Part shown: piece by piece, positions 13,957 to 24,389 of the stretch
Layout: each line of letters starts with the position of its first letter
How positions within the stretch are numbered: position 1 is the stretch's first letter
Origin: Macrostomum hystrix
Taxonomy: Eukaryota; Animalia; Platyhelminthes
Assembly: GCA_950097015.1 (NCBI GenBank)
Contig: CATNEN010000035.1
Coordinates: forward strand, 1,178,001-1,242,000
Length of the DNA stretch: 64,000 nucleotides
Direction of reading: 5' to 3'
Position numbers and translations under genes: made by a program
Notes under the pieces: generated by a model
Told to the model about the DNA's origin: nothing
The model's input: the letters and a program-made list of their open reading frames with translations, nothing else
Database searches by the model: none

Positions 13957-16900
13957 CCAGGTGCTCGAACCAAGGCGCAAACCGACAGCTCGGCGATGAT
14001 GGTGTGCCTGACTGTCACGGACTCTGGAAGAAAGCTGCAGTTCAAGGTGGACACCGGTGCGGACGTCAACGTGATCCCTCTGAAACGGCTGATCCAGCTC
14101 GCCCCTGCAGCATCGATTGAGCCGACATCTTGGACTCTGACAACGTACAACAAGCAGCTGCTGGACGTGGTCGGCATCACGTACTTAACTGTGTCTTCGC
14201 CCTGCCGGAAGAATGCCCGACTGCAGTTTGTTGTTGTCGGCGAGAACTCCACGCCCATCATCGGCTGGAAGTCAGCGATTGAGGAGCTGCAGCTGGTCAA
14301 GAAGCTGTTCTCGTTGCAGCAGAGTCTAAGCAGCATCAGCAAGGTGAGCAAGCAGCAGTTATCGGAACTGAACTCCAGCCAGTTAAAGGCCAGCTTCCCA
14401 GAAGTATTCAACGGCGTTGGTTTCATGAAGCAGCCATACACCATTCAACTGTCGGACAACGCAGTGCCTAAAGTGCAGCCTCCTCGCAAGGTGCCATTTG
14501 CTGCGTATCAACCTCTGAAGTGCGAGCTGGAGAGACTGGAGAAGGAAGGAACGATCGCGCGAGTCGACGAACCGACGCAGTGGGTCTCCAATGTGGCCAT
14601 CGTGTGGAAGAAGGACGGCTCGATGCGACTGTGTCTAGATCCGACCTACCTGAACAGGTTCATCATCAGAGAGTACCACCCGATCCCCACCGCCGAGGAA
14701 GTTCGAGCTGCGACTGCTGGAGCCATCCTGTACAGCTCATTCGATGCGAACGAGAGCTTTCACCAACTAAAACTCGATGATGAAAGCTCCTTCCTGACCA
14801 CGTTCCACACCCCGTTCGGCCGATATCGCTGGAAACGAGTTCCATACGGTCTCTCATCCATTCCCGAGGTCTTCCAGAAGAGAATGGAAGAAAACGTCAC
14901 AAACAACGTGAGAAACTCTAAGAACTTCTTTGACGACATCATCGTGTGGGGAAGAACAGTCGAGGAGCACGACCAAGCTGTGCGAGAGCTCCTGGAGCAG
15001 TGCAAGCGTGCCAAGGTGACACTGAACCCACAGAAGATGCGAGTCGGTGTCCAAGAGCTCAACTACCTAGGCGATGTGCTCAGCTCGGAAGGGTTGCGAG
15101 CAGATCCAATGAAGGTCAAAGCCATCAAAGAAATGATCCGGCCGAATGATGTTGAAGGTCTCACTTCGAAGAAGGAGCAGCTAAGGCGATTTCTCGGCTG
15201 TGTGACTTACCTGGCCAAGTTTTGTCCTCATCTTTCCGCTACTGCAGAGCCGCTTAGACACCTGCTCAAGAAAGACGTCCTTTGGAGCTGGACGCATCAG
15301 CACGACGAGGCGTACGACTCGATCATCACGGAGCTGTGTTCTAACAGGGTTTTGGCTACATTTGACGTCAGCAAGCCAGTCACCGTGTCTGTGGATGCCA
15401 GCAAGAGCGGCATCGGTGCTGTGCTACTCCAAGAGGACCGTCCGGTTGAGTTCGCTTCATCAGCCATGACTAAAGCTCAGCAGGCATACGCGCAGATTGA
15501 GAAGGAGCTCCTGGCTATTGTGTACGGCTGCAAGAAATTTCACCGCTACCTCTGGGGCCGCACTGTCAATGTCCAGAGTGACCATAAGCCACTGGAGTCC
15601 ATCTTAAAGAAGCAGCTCTGTGACACCACGCCGCGCATCCAGCGCTTGCTGCTGCAGCTGCAGCCCTACGACATTCGTGTGAAGTACACACCAGGAAAGG
15701 AGCTGTACGTTGCAGACACGCTAAGCCGAGCTCACGGAAAGACGGACAGCCTGACGCTTCGGCTGGAGGAAGCTTTGGACGGACAAGTGCTAGCTGTGGA
15801 GCGATGCTTCAGTGGAGACCGCGAGATTCTGACAATGATCAAGAAGGCCACGGCTGCAGACCAGACGAGCCAGCGTCTGCAGGAGGTCATTCAAGCCGGA
15901 TGGCCCGAGCATCGAAACCGACTACCTGACGATTTGAAAGTATTTTGGGATCTTCGCCATGATCTGACTTTCGTCTCAGGACTCCTATGCCTGAAGGACC
16001 GCATCTACGTGCCAGCCGGCAGCGCCAGAAGCTCGATCCTAAGAATTTTGCACGCTGGACACCCTGGAATCGTCAAGATGGACCTGAAAGCCAAAGATTA
16101 TTTTTACTGGCCAGGAATGCGCACCTGCATCGAGCGAACTGTCAGCCAGTGCGAGGCCTGCCAGCGTAACATGAAGGCCCAGTCAAAGGAGACTTTGATG
16201 ATCGTTGAAATGCCCGAGTTTCCGTTCCAAGTCTGCTCGACCGACTTGTTCGAGTTCCGTGGCGCTGCGCACCTGGTGTACGTAGACGCCTACAGCCACT
16301 GGATGAGCATCACCCGCCTGCGGTCGACAACAAGCCTGGCAGTAGTTCAGGTGCTCCAAGACCATTTCCAGAACTTTGGAGTGCCAGAGAAGCTCATCAG
16401 TGACAACGGGCCGCAGTTCACCGCAGGAGAGTTCCGCCAGTTCATGAACAGATTTCAAGTGGAGCACCGGACATCGAGTCCGGCCTACCCGCAGTCCAAC
16501 GGCAAAGCAGAGCGATATGTGCAGACTGCCAAGAATATGATGAAGAAGTGCCAGGAGACTGGACAGAGCCTGGCACTGGCCCTTTTGCACTATCGCAACA
16601 CGCCGGTCGGCAGCGGCTTCCCCAGCCCGGCGGAAATGGCGTTTGGCCGGAAACTGCGGTGCGACCTGCCGACAACGGTGCAAGATCTGCGGCCTCGGGA
16701 GACCTACGTGCATGCCAGCATCGAAGCATTCCAGAAGGAGCGGACCTGGGCAGCTCAGCTCTACAACCGCGGTGCGCGCGCACTTCGACGCTTGGAGGTC
16801 GGCGAGCCAGTCTGGCTTCAGTGCGATCGTCGGAACTGGGTGGCTGCCGAGGTCGACAGCGAGGTGGACGGCAGCCCGCGGTCGTACTGGCTTCGCACGG

Positions 16901-17220
16901 AGTCGGGCCAGCTGCTCAGGCGCAACCGGCGGTTTATCAGGCCACGTGAGATCGGCGTGCCATTCCATGAAAGCTACCCAGTGGCTGATGAGGATGTCAA
17001 TCTGTCGGAGGCGGACGACCAGCAGGCACCCGTGCAACCGGCCGTGCAACCGGCCGTGCAACCGGCCGTGCAACCGGCGACAGAGCAGCCTGCAGAGCCA
17101 GTGCAGCCAGCTGAGGAGCCGGCATCTGTGCAACCGTGCTCAAGCTCGGACGACTCTGGGTTCCGGACCAAGCGAGGTCGGCTTGTCCATCAGCCGCAGA
17201 GGTACCAGGCCTCGTGGTGA
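13957..17220 (+). CDS. Retrotransposon Pol (protease, RT, RNase H, integrase), in frame with gag; first Met at 13996
   Basis: Protease FKVDTGA; RT MRLCLDP...PYGLSSIPEVFQ...FFDD; RNase H VDASKSGIGAVL...EKELLA...DHKPL; integrase HHCC plus TDLF, SDNGPQF and GKAER. The ORF is uninterrupted. Confidence 0.95.
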   Translation, partial: PGARTKAQTDSSAMMVCLTVTDSGRKLQFKVDTGADVNVIPLKRLIQLAPAASIEPTSWTLTTYNKQLLDVVGITYLTVSSPCRKNARLQFVVVGENSTPIIGWKSAIEELQLVKKLFSLQQSLSSISKVSKQQLSELNSSQLKASFPEVFNGVGFMKQPYTIQLSDNAVPKVQPPRKVPFAAYQPLKCELERLEKEGTIARVDEPTQWVSNVAIVWKKDGSMRLCLDPTYLNRFIIREYHPIPTAEEVRAATAGAILYSSFDANESFHQLKLDDESSFLTTFHTPFGRYRWKRVPYGLSSIPEVFQKRMEENVTNNVRNSKNFFDDIIVWGRTVEEHDQAVRELLEQCKRAKVTLNPQKMRVGVQELNYLGDVLSSEGLRADPMKVKAIKEMIRPNDVEGLTSKKEQLRRFLGCVTYLAKFCPHLSATAEPLRHLLKKDVLWSWTHQHDEAYDSIITELCSNRVLATFDVSKPVTVSVDASKSGIGAVLLQEDRPVEFASSAMTKAQQAYAQIEKELLAIVYGCKKFHRYLWGRTVNVQSDHKPLESILKKQLCDTTPRIQRLLLQLQPYDIRVKYTPGKELYVADTLSRAHGKTDSLTLRLEEALDGQVLAVERCFSGDREILTMIKKATAADQTSQRLQEVIQAGWPEHRNRLPDDLKVFWDLRHDLTFVSGLLCLKDRIYVPAGSARSSILRILHAGHPGIVKMDLKAKDYFYWPGMRTCIERTVSQCEACQRNMKAQSKETLMIVEMPEFPFQVCSTDLFEFRGAAHLVYVDAYSHWMSITRLRSTTSLAVVQVLQDHFQNFGVPEKLISDNGPQFTAGEFRQFMNRFQVEHRTSSPAYPQSNGKAERYVQTAKNMMKKCQETGQSLALALLHYRNTPVGSGFPSPAEMAFGRKLRCDLPTTVQDLRPRETYVHASIEAFQKERTWAAQLYNRGARALRRLEVGEPVWLQCDRRNWVAAEVDSEVDGSPRSYWLRTESGQLLRRNRRFIRPREIGVPFHESYPVADEDVNLSEADDQQAPVQPAVQPAVQPAVQPATEQPAEPVQPAEEPASVQPCSSSDDSGFRTKRGRLVHQPQRYQASW

Positions 17221-17530
17221 ACTTTTGAGTGAAAAATGACTGTTGACTGAATTTAAATGAACTGGAAGCTCTTTTTAAGTTCCTATAATTTTGGTGAAAG
17301 GAGGTATGGCAGAAGTTGATGTGTTGTCTTTGCTGCTCAAGCGTGCGATTTAACAAACGGTCTAAAATGATATTTTTCAACATTAATATTGTATTGTTCC
17401 ATATGATCGTAAAATATTTCAATGTTTTTAGTTTTCCCCATTCAACTGTTTTCGTGCGACTCCATTCGTGCTACTATATTCGTTCTACTCTTTTCGTGCC
17501 ATTATATTCGTACTTTTCAATGTAAGGAGG

Positions 17531-17738
17531 TGTTGTGTAATGATCGATGCTGGTTAGCCGATGTGCAGTCTTTCTCTTTCTCTCTCAGTGCACCTGCCCC
17601 CAGTCCCCCATTGACGCGTACAATGTACATTGCTCACTGCACTTGACTAAACAATAATATATATATCGGCTCTCTGCCCATCGCTGGCTTTAAGCGTTTC
17701 GTAGCTCGCACACACTCGCCTTGACTTCTAACATAACA
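17531..17738 (+). repeat. 3' LTR
   Basis: Direct repeat of 12865-13072, with no difference found by eye. Confidence 0.95.
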
Positions 17739-18574
17739 AAGTCGAAGATATAAGCAAGCTTCAGTCAGCTAATGCAGAAATTGTGCTCCTATTTACATGT
17801 AAGGACACTGGCAGCATTGGCGGTGTCTCTGAATTCGAACGCCCGCTTTTATTTTATTTGATATTCTTGCTGTCACATTGCCAGTGGGCGTAAAATAGGG
17901 CAATGAATTAAATTTGTGGGGGTGCAGTAATTCTCTAACACAGTTGCTTAGTGTCAGTCGAAACTGTAGCTTGCAAAATCTGGGACAGGATAATATAACT
18001 TTAGTGCAGAAATAGCTCCAGTGTCTGGGTCTGAGACAGCAAAGGACTCACATTTTGATCTGATTCTTAACTACGTGATCAAACCACAAGCCGTTAATAC
18101 TTTGCTAACATGTTTCGGTGCACATTTTTTTACAGAAATATTATCTGGTATAACAAGCAATATTGATTTGGTTTTATGGTATAATTACTAGTGACAGACG
18201 ACCTGAAGACAGAGTAGGAAATTAGTCTAAATTTCTCTGACCTCTCACCTCACATACGCACTAATTACGGTGCAGACATTTAAAAGGACTACAGAAATAT
18301 ATTTTTTAACCAGTTTTACTTTTTCATAGATTTTTTGTTTGACAAAGTCAAAGGGCCGATTTTATATAGCATAGATTTTTTCAAACGAATTTACTAGCAC
18401 AGTTTTCGTCCTTTGAAGCATGAAGCATGAAATGCGAGTATAAAGCTTATACGAGCGTAGTGGGAAGCGGTCGGGCAAGCAATTGCTCACTTGCTTGACT
18501 TTTACGAAACTCCTTTGAGTTCCTGTGAGATAATTTGAGTTAAGCTATGCTGCTGAGTCCAGTAATAATAAAAT

Positions 18575-18878
18575 ATATATAATAATATTGATTGCACCGG
18601 CCGCAATCAGGCCAGACGTGCAGCCGACAGCACAACCGCAGCTATTGCGGGCGCATCTGAATACTGCGAACGGCTGTTCAGTCCATGGACTGGGGGGGGA
18701 CGCCGCACCCACCGTCATTATCCCAGCTGATGCTGGAACCCATTTAACAGCTGCGTGAACTGAAGCAATGCAGAGTTAAGTGTCTTGCTAAAGGACACAA
18801 CTTTTTCCTGTGTAGTCGAGAATCGAACCCCCGACCGTGAGTCCGACGCTCTAACCACTTGGCTACAACCTCTAGCAT
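18575..18878 (-). mobile_element. tRNA-derived SINE with CORE-like central domain (copy 2)
   Basis: The minus strand has an A box TAGCCAAGTGG, a B box GTTCGATTC, then GTTGTGTCCTTTAGCAAGACACTTAACTCTGCATTGCTTCAGTTCACGCAGCTGTTAAATGGG. It is homologous to 11087-11400. Confidence 0.85.
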
Positions 18879-19443
18879 TGGCCAGTCTCTCACTATCGCT
18901 TGTGGAAGTATTGATCTTCCCTCTGGCAACACCCCAGATGCTGCTATCTTATCTGTAGTGACTGTCATAGGTTGACTTAGCTTAGATAGTTGACACTAGT
19001 TTGGCTCACCTTGTTCAGCACATTTGCTACTTGCAGCATTCTATTTTGACAAAGAATGGCAAAGAACTAGTCAATAATCGTCTGCGGTCTTAGAGCACAG
19101 GGCTAGAGTAATATAAAGGCTAAGAGTTGCAGACTAATCTGTTTATTCTTGGCCAAAGTACTCTCACAGGCGCAGGACTGGCGAAGTAGACTAATTTTCT
19201 CAGCGAAGTGAATTGCTTTGACCCCTCCCCGACCACCGAGCACTGGGATCAGTGTGGGGGTGGGTTTAAATCCACCCGGAAGCGAAAGGCATCAGGTTGA
19301 TTTGCCTTTCCCACAGCCACCCCACCCCGGCAGCAGCCCTTTGCCTCCAAGATGAATCTTGGAAAGTAGCTGGCTTTCTTTCGGCAAACATTCACGGCAA
19401 TCAAAGTTTGCCTTTACTTTCTCGCTGAACTCAATCGCAGTGT

Positions 19444-19984
<541 letters not shown>

Positions 19985-21481
19985 TTAGTAAGTAAGGTAA
20001 TTATGCGATTTGAAGGGAATTGAAGGACTATTATTATTAAAATATCATTCACTAGCAACAAAGAGTGCTAAAATTACTCGCATATTACACATGATTTCGC
20101 TGTCAATAGTGCGTCCCGAATCTATTGTCATTCGCCAATAATGCATCATCTCGTTAAAGATGGCGGAAAGGCAAAGAGGCTACTAAATCGTGCTATATTC
20201 GTGCTATATACTCGTAAAATGGACTTTTAACTTTCAGGACACGGTCACATCTAAAGCAGGCATTGCAATTGTTTTTGGGTAAATAAAAATAGTCTTGCGA
20301 ACTTGTCTGTCAACTTGATCTGCCAGACGATCTTTGCTGACAGGTGGAAGTGATTTCGTCTTTGCCCTCCGCCCCTCTCTCTAATGCAATCCGCAGTAAT
20401 TTTAACGCTGCGGCTTTAATTGCAGCTGCATTGTCCTGCAACGTCCTGTTCCCCAATGGTTTCTCTAGCTCTTCTCGTCCAGCGCAGGTGTGTTTACTCT
20501 TTGCTCGCAAGATATCGCCCGGAAATCTGACACCCCGGCGCCTGGATTGTTGAATGCCGCTCAAATCGAAGGAAGGCCGTCGCAGCTCAGCCACTGCGTG
20601 TGTTCCTTGCATATTTTGTTCAGTTTTAGGCCCACCATTGTCTGCGGCAAACAGATGGTTGGGCTGAGGATTTTTTATTCAAGAGTCACCCCCGCATATT
20701 CTAGCAGCAATGGAATCATGTTATTTTAATCTTTGCATCCCGCTTTCAATCTAGCTCAGAATGAGATACCAGTGGCTGTTCTCATCTTTCAGAACGATTA
20801 GAAAGAGAGAAATGTGTTGCCTGAAACCAGATTTCGATGCATTTCATTACTTGCTGCCAAACACTATCGGGTCAAATTGAGCCAAGTAGAAATCAAATTA
20901 GAAATGAGAAACCTGTCATGAGCGATACAAATCACACAAGGTGTCAGTCTCTAATTGCCTACCGCTACTGGTCTCTGCTGCTATGGCTGAAACATCTACT
21001 ACTCTGCGCGAGGGACTTGCATGCACCGCTCCACACGGTAGGCTTTCAGCAGTTGCGCGCTCACCACAGCATTTTGCTGCTTGTGGCACACATGGCCATC
21101 AAATGAAAGTCCACTGCATGCGGGAGACTCAGCTAAGATTGGGAAGAGAGAAGGAAGAGGAGTATCAGGGAGTAAGCCATAGCTGACACAGAGAAATCCT
21201 TCTACAGATGCTATTGGCCAAGAGGGCAGTCTAGGGGTTGTAGAATGAGGTAGAAATCACAGTGCGGTCTCTGATTGGAGACAACGCACTGTCGAGGCTC
21301 GAATAGATTTGACATCTTGCAGCAAATTGGCCTAACGGAAGCCATTGAGGTGCGATTTTCCCGATTCTTAGCTACAAAGAGCTGAACAATCAAGGCCCGC
21401 GAATGCGCATTTTTTAGTTATAAACGGCAATTTTTGCGTTTCTCATCCTGACACACAGCCAGAGCGTCGGCCAAAGTTATC

Positions 21482-23560
21482 ATGGTACGTCGTCGCGCTA
21501 GCGCCCAAAGACAAGGGCACCACTGGCAGCGAATGCTGCGCCAGCATGACATTATGTTTTTCCGTCGCATGTTCGGCCTTTTCTCCAAGGCCTCCCTCCA
21601 CGGAGTCAACAGGGTCTGCGTGTCGGACGCCTGCTGCCGGCCCGACCAAATCTTGTGGTCCTGCATCCTGTTGCTGGCCACTGTTGGACTATGCGTTCAC
21701 ATCTACAATGAAGCCACAGAGTACAAGCAGTACCCAGTTTCCAGCAGTTCCCGACTAGAACTCAATGGTTTTGTATTCCCCTCAGTGTCTTTCTGCAATC
21801 CTGAGAATCCCATCAAGACCAGGACGATCGAACTCACTAGTATCGGTCCAGCGAACGACAAGCTGCAGGTGATGAGCGGTGTTTGGTCAGACCCGAAGAT
21901 GCGACCACTGTACCGATACGAGCACTACGCAAACTTCTCCAAGATGGGCACATTCCCGCAGGACAGCGTCATCTACTGCCGGTACAATCGGCAGACCTGT
22001 TGGGCGGACAACTTCACGATCACCTTCGATAGATCCTACGGAAACTGCTTCACATTTCAGCCGATCGAGCGGCACCTCCGACGCCCGGACATGGAATTCG
22101 GTCTGATCCTCATTCTCTACAACCCTGCCGCTGACATGATTCTGGAGAGGGCTAAAATTGTCGGAAAGATGGGCTATAAGATGCGTCCTCAGGAGATGGC
22201 TTTCGATACGGAGAGCTTCTTAGTGAACTTTCATGCCAGCGGCACGATACCGCACCCTTTGGAGAACTCTTACGCGGCCTCCATGGGCATGGTGACGACG
22301 CTGGCTTTGGAGCAGATGAATACTTCGCTAGTAAGTACGCCCAATAGTCCGTGCCAGCAGCGAAACCAGGTACCAATGTATGACTCATTGTTACAAAGCG
22401 TGACCAACTACACCGACACGCTTTACGACTGTGCGCGATGGCGCGATACGCTAAATATGTACCACGCCTGCGGATGCGTTCCCGAAGGCCTTGTACGGCT
22501 GACGGACTTTAAAAATACTAGCGCCATACCTTACTGCCATCTGGTTGCCAGGGTAGATGAAGTTGGAAACGTGACCGAATTCTACAACTTTGTAAAGCCA
22601 AAGGAGTACATAAGCGAACACAACGTCTCAATTGAAGCTCTACAGAAACTGTACCCACAAGTTTACAAGCGCTACAAGGCATTTAACTGCTACCACAACA
22701 CTGACCTGCCTCCGGATCTCACCTGCCCAGACATGTGTCAGACAGAGTCTTACTCTGCGATTCTGTCATCCGGCGGCTGGCCGCACCCCTCGGATACGGA
22801 GAGCGACGACTACATTAAACAGGCCATCGAAATCTCTCTGCTATTACAAAATTACGTGAATGAGCAGGGATCGAAAAGTTTGCTGGCACAGAGCCTGGAA
22901 TTGCGCAATCTAAGTCTAGCGTCTTGCCACACCGACCTGACGCATGACTTGATCGACACCCCCGAAGAGCGGTCCAAACCTGAAATCCAAGCTGCGCTTC
23001 AAGAATGCCGCGAGGTTCATTCGTTTGTGAGCAAGCACTTTCTCCTCGTGAAGGTCTACCCGCAGACACTGACTGTGAAGTTTCTGACAGTTGAGCGCAG
23101 CTTCCTATTGCCGCAACTGCTCTCCCGTATTGGTGGCTCTCTTGGTCTGTGGGTCGGTACGTCTTTGATCACATTCTTTGAGTGCATTGAAATCCTCACG
23201 GCGCTGGCCAGCTACTTTGCTGCAAAGATTCTTCATTTGGCCCTGTACCACCGAGCCAAGAACCGACCTGAATGTGCTGGGAGCTGTCCCTACTCTAGTC
23301 GTCAACAACAGCAGCGTAATGGCAGAACGGCTGATTCGGCAGCGGGCGCGACAACAAACGTCGCTGCCAACGAAAACGCAGCTACTTCGGCTTCCTCGAT
23401 GGTAGCTTATGGCGAAGCTATTTCTGGACATTTCCGCGAAGTCGACAATGGGGACGATGACACGGGCGACGGCGATGCCGACTCGTCCAATACTGACTCG
23501 GATGGTGGCGGCGTGACGGCAGTTTTCCTGGAAAATGTCGACCGAGAGTCACACGTATGA
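21482..23560 (+). CDS. DEG/ENaC (ASIC/degenerin) family ion channel subunit, single coding exon, 692 aa
   Basis: It has the pre-TM1 HG motif (SLHGV), TM1, FPSVSFCN, YGNCFTF, a Cys-rich thumb and TM2 LLSRIGGSLGLWVGTSLITFFE. The start codon is the first ATG of the ORF and is not verified. Confidence 0.92.
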   Translation: MVRRRASAQRQGHHWQRMLRQHDIMFFRRMFGLFSKASLHGVNRVCVSDACCRPDQILWSCILLLATVGLCVHIYNEATEYKQYPVSSSSRLELNGFVFPSVSFCNPENPIKTRTIELTSIGPANDKLQVMSGVWSDPKMRPLYRYEHYANFSKMGTFPQDSVIYCRYNRQTCWADNFTITFDRSYGNCFTFQPIERHLRRPDMEFGLILILYNPAADMILERAKIVGKMGYKMRPQEMAFDTESFLVNFHASGTIPHPLENSYAASMGMVTTLALEQMNTSLVSTPNSPCQQRNQVPMYDSLLQSVTNYTDTLYDCARWRDTLNMYHACGCVPEGLVRLTDFKNTSAIPYCHLVARVDEVGNVTEFYNFVKPKEYISEHNVSIEALQKLYPQVYKRYKAFNCYHNTDLPPDLTCPDMCQTESYSAILSSGGWPHPSDTESDDYIKQAIEISLLLQNYVNEQGSKSLLAQSLELRNLSLASCHTDLTHDLIDTPEERSKPEIQAALQECREVHSFVSKHFLLVKVYPQTLTVKFLTVERSFLLPQLLSRIGGSLGLWVGTSLITFFECIEILTALASYFAAKILHLALYHRAKNRPECAGSCPYSSRQQQQRNGRTADSAAGATTNVAANENAATSASSMVAYGEAISGHFREVDNGDDDTGDGDADSSNTDSDGGGVTAVFLENVDRESHV

Positions 23561-24389
23561 CATCTTGAATAGAGAAGATGGAGATCGATTCGCTACTTAT
23601 CCGCTTCCCATTCACATGCCTCCTTAGTTTGCTGAGAGGACCGAAGTGCTACCCGACTTATCAAAGATCCACCGAACTCCTGTCATTTATAATTAGTTTA
23701 TAATAAGTTTCAGCTGAAGAATGAACGCAGACGATCATAGCTCGTAATGTACATTTTAAAAATATTCACAAGCATCCGTTTAGTGCATCCTTAACCGTAG
23801 GATTTTGCCTTAACCGTAAGTGGTTTTTGCTTTGACAACAGTTTTTTTAAGCCTTAGTTGCATAGCGCATTGCTTCTTAATGTGGCGATTTCATTTTACC
23901 TGGATTCTGCAGCACCAGTGCGTTTTAAGGACAGAAAATGTAGTGCAATTATTATCCATTCGGTTTAAGTCTAGCAGTTAAAACTAATACTACCTGTTCG
24001 TATTTTATTAGCTGTAAAATATTCTGCCATACCTCTGTCTGCATGCTTTGCAATCTTTTTAGATCATGGTAGCTGCATCTGGGAGTGGTTAATTTACTTA
24101 GAAGAAATATTTTCCTGGTCGAAAAATTAAACTATTAATTTAGTCTACGTTGCTATATGCAGCCATTGAAATTTGTATTTTAAATACGAACTTACTTACT
24201 TACATTAACTTGCCAACGGATAAGATACAAATTGGTATACACTAGCGAACACGAAAACATTAAAATTCCTATTAGAACGAGAAATCATGATCAAAACTAG
24301 TACTCACTACTTTCACTGAAAGTGATAGGAAATAATAGTCCAACAGTAAAACAGTAACTATAGTCTCCTTAGTTAAGTTGTAAGTTCAT

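Larger units (their letters stand above)
12865..17738 (+). mobile_element. Full-length Ty3/gypsy LTR retrotransposon (Mag-like), recent insertion
   Basis: Two 208-bp LTRs (TG...CA) look identical. A 5-bp TSD AAGTC flanks it (12860-12864, 17739-17743). Domain order is gag, PR, RT, RH, IN, with a short purine tract AAGGAGG before the 3' LTR. The PBS is atypical (TGACGTCGCAAGT). Confidence 0.97.

Noticed and set aside
16183-17239. Long antisense and alternate-frame ORFs over pol, HSP60 and the ABCC NBD2 exons
   Set aside because: These are shadow ORFs expected from GC-rich codon usage, with no recognisable domains.
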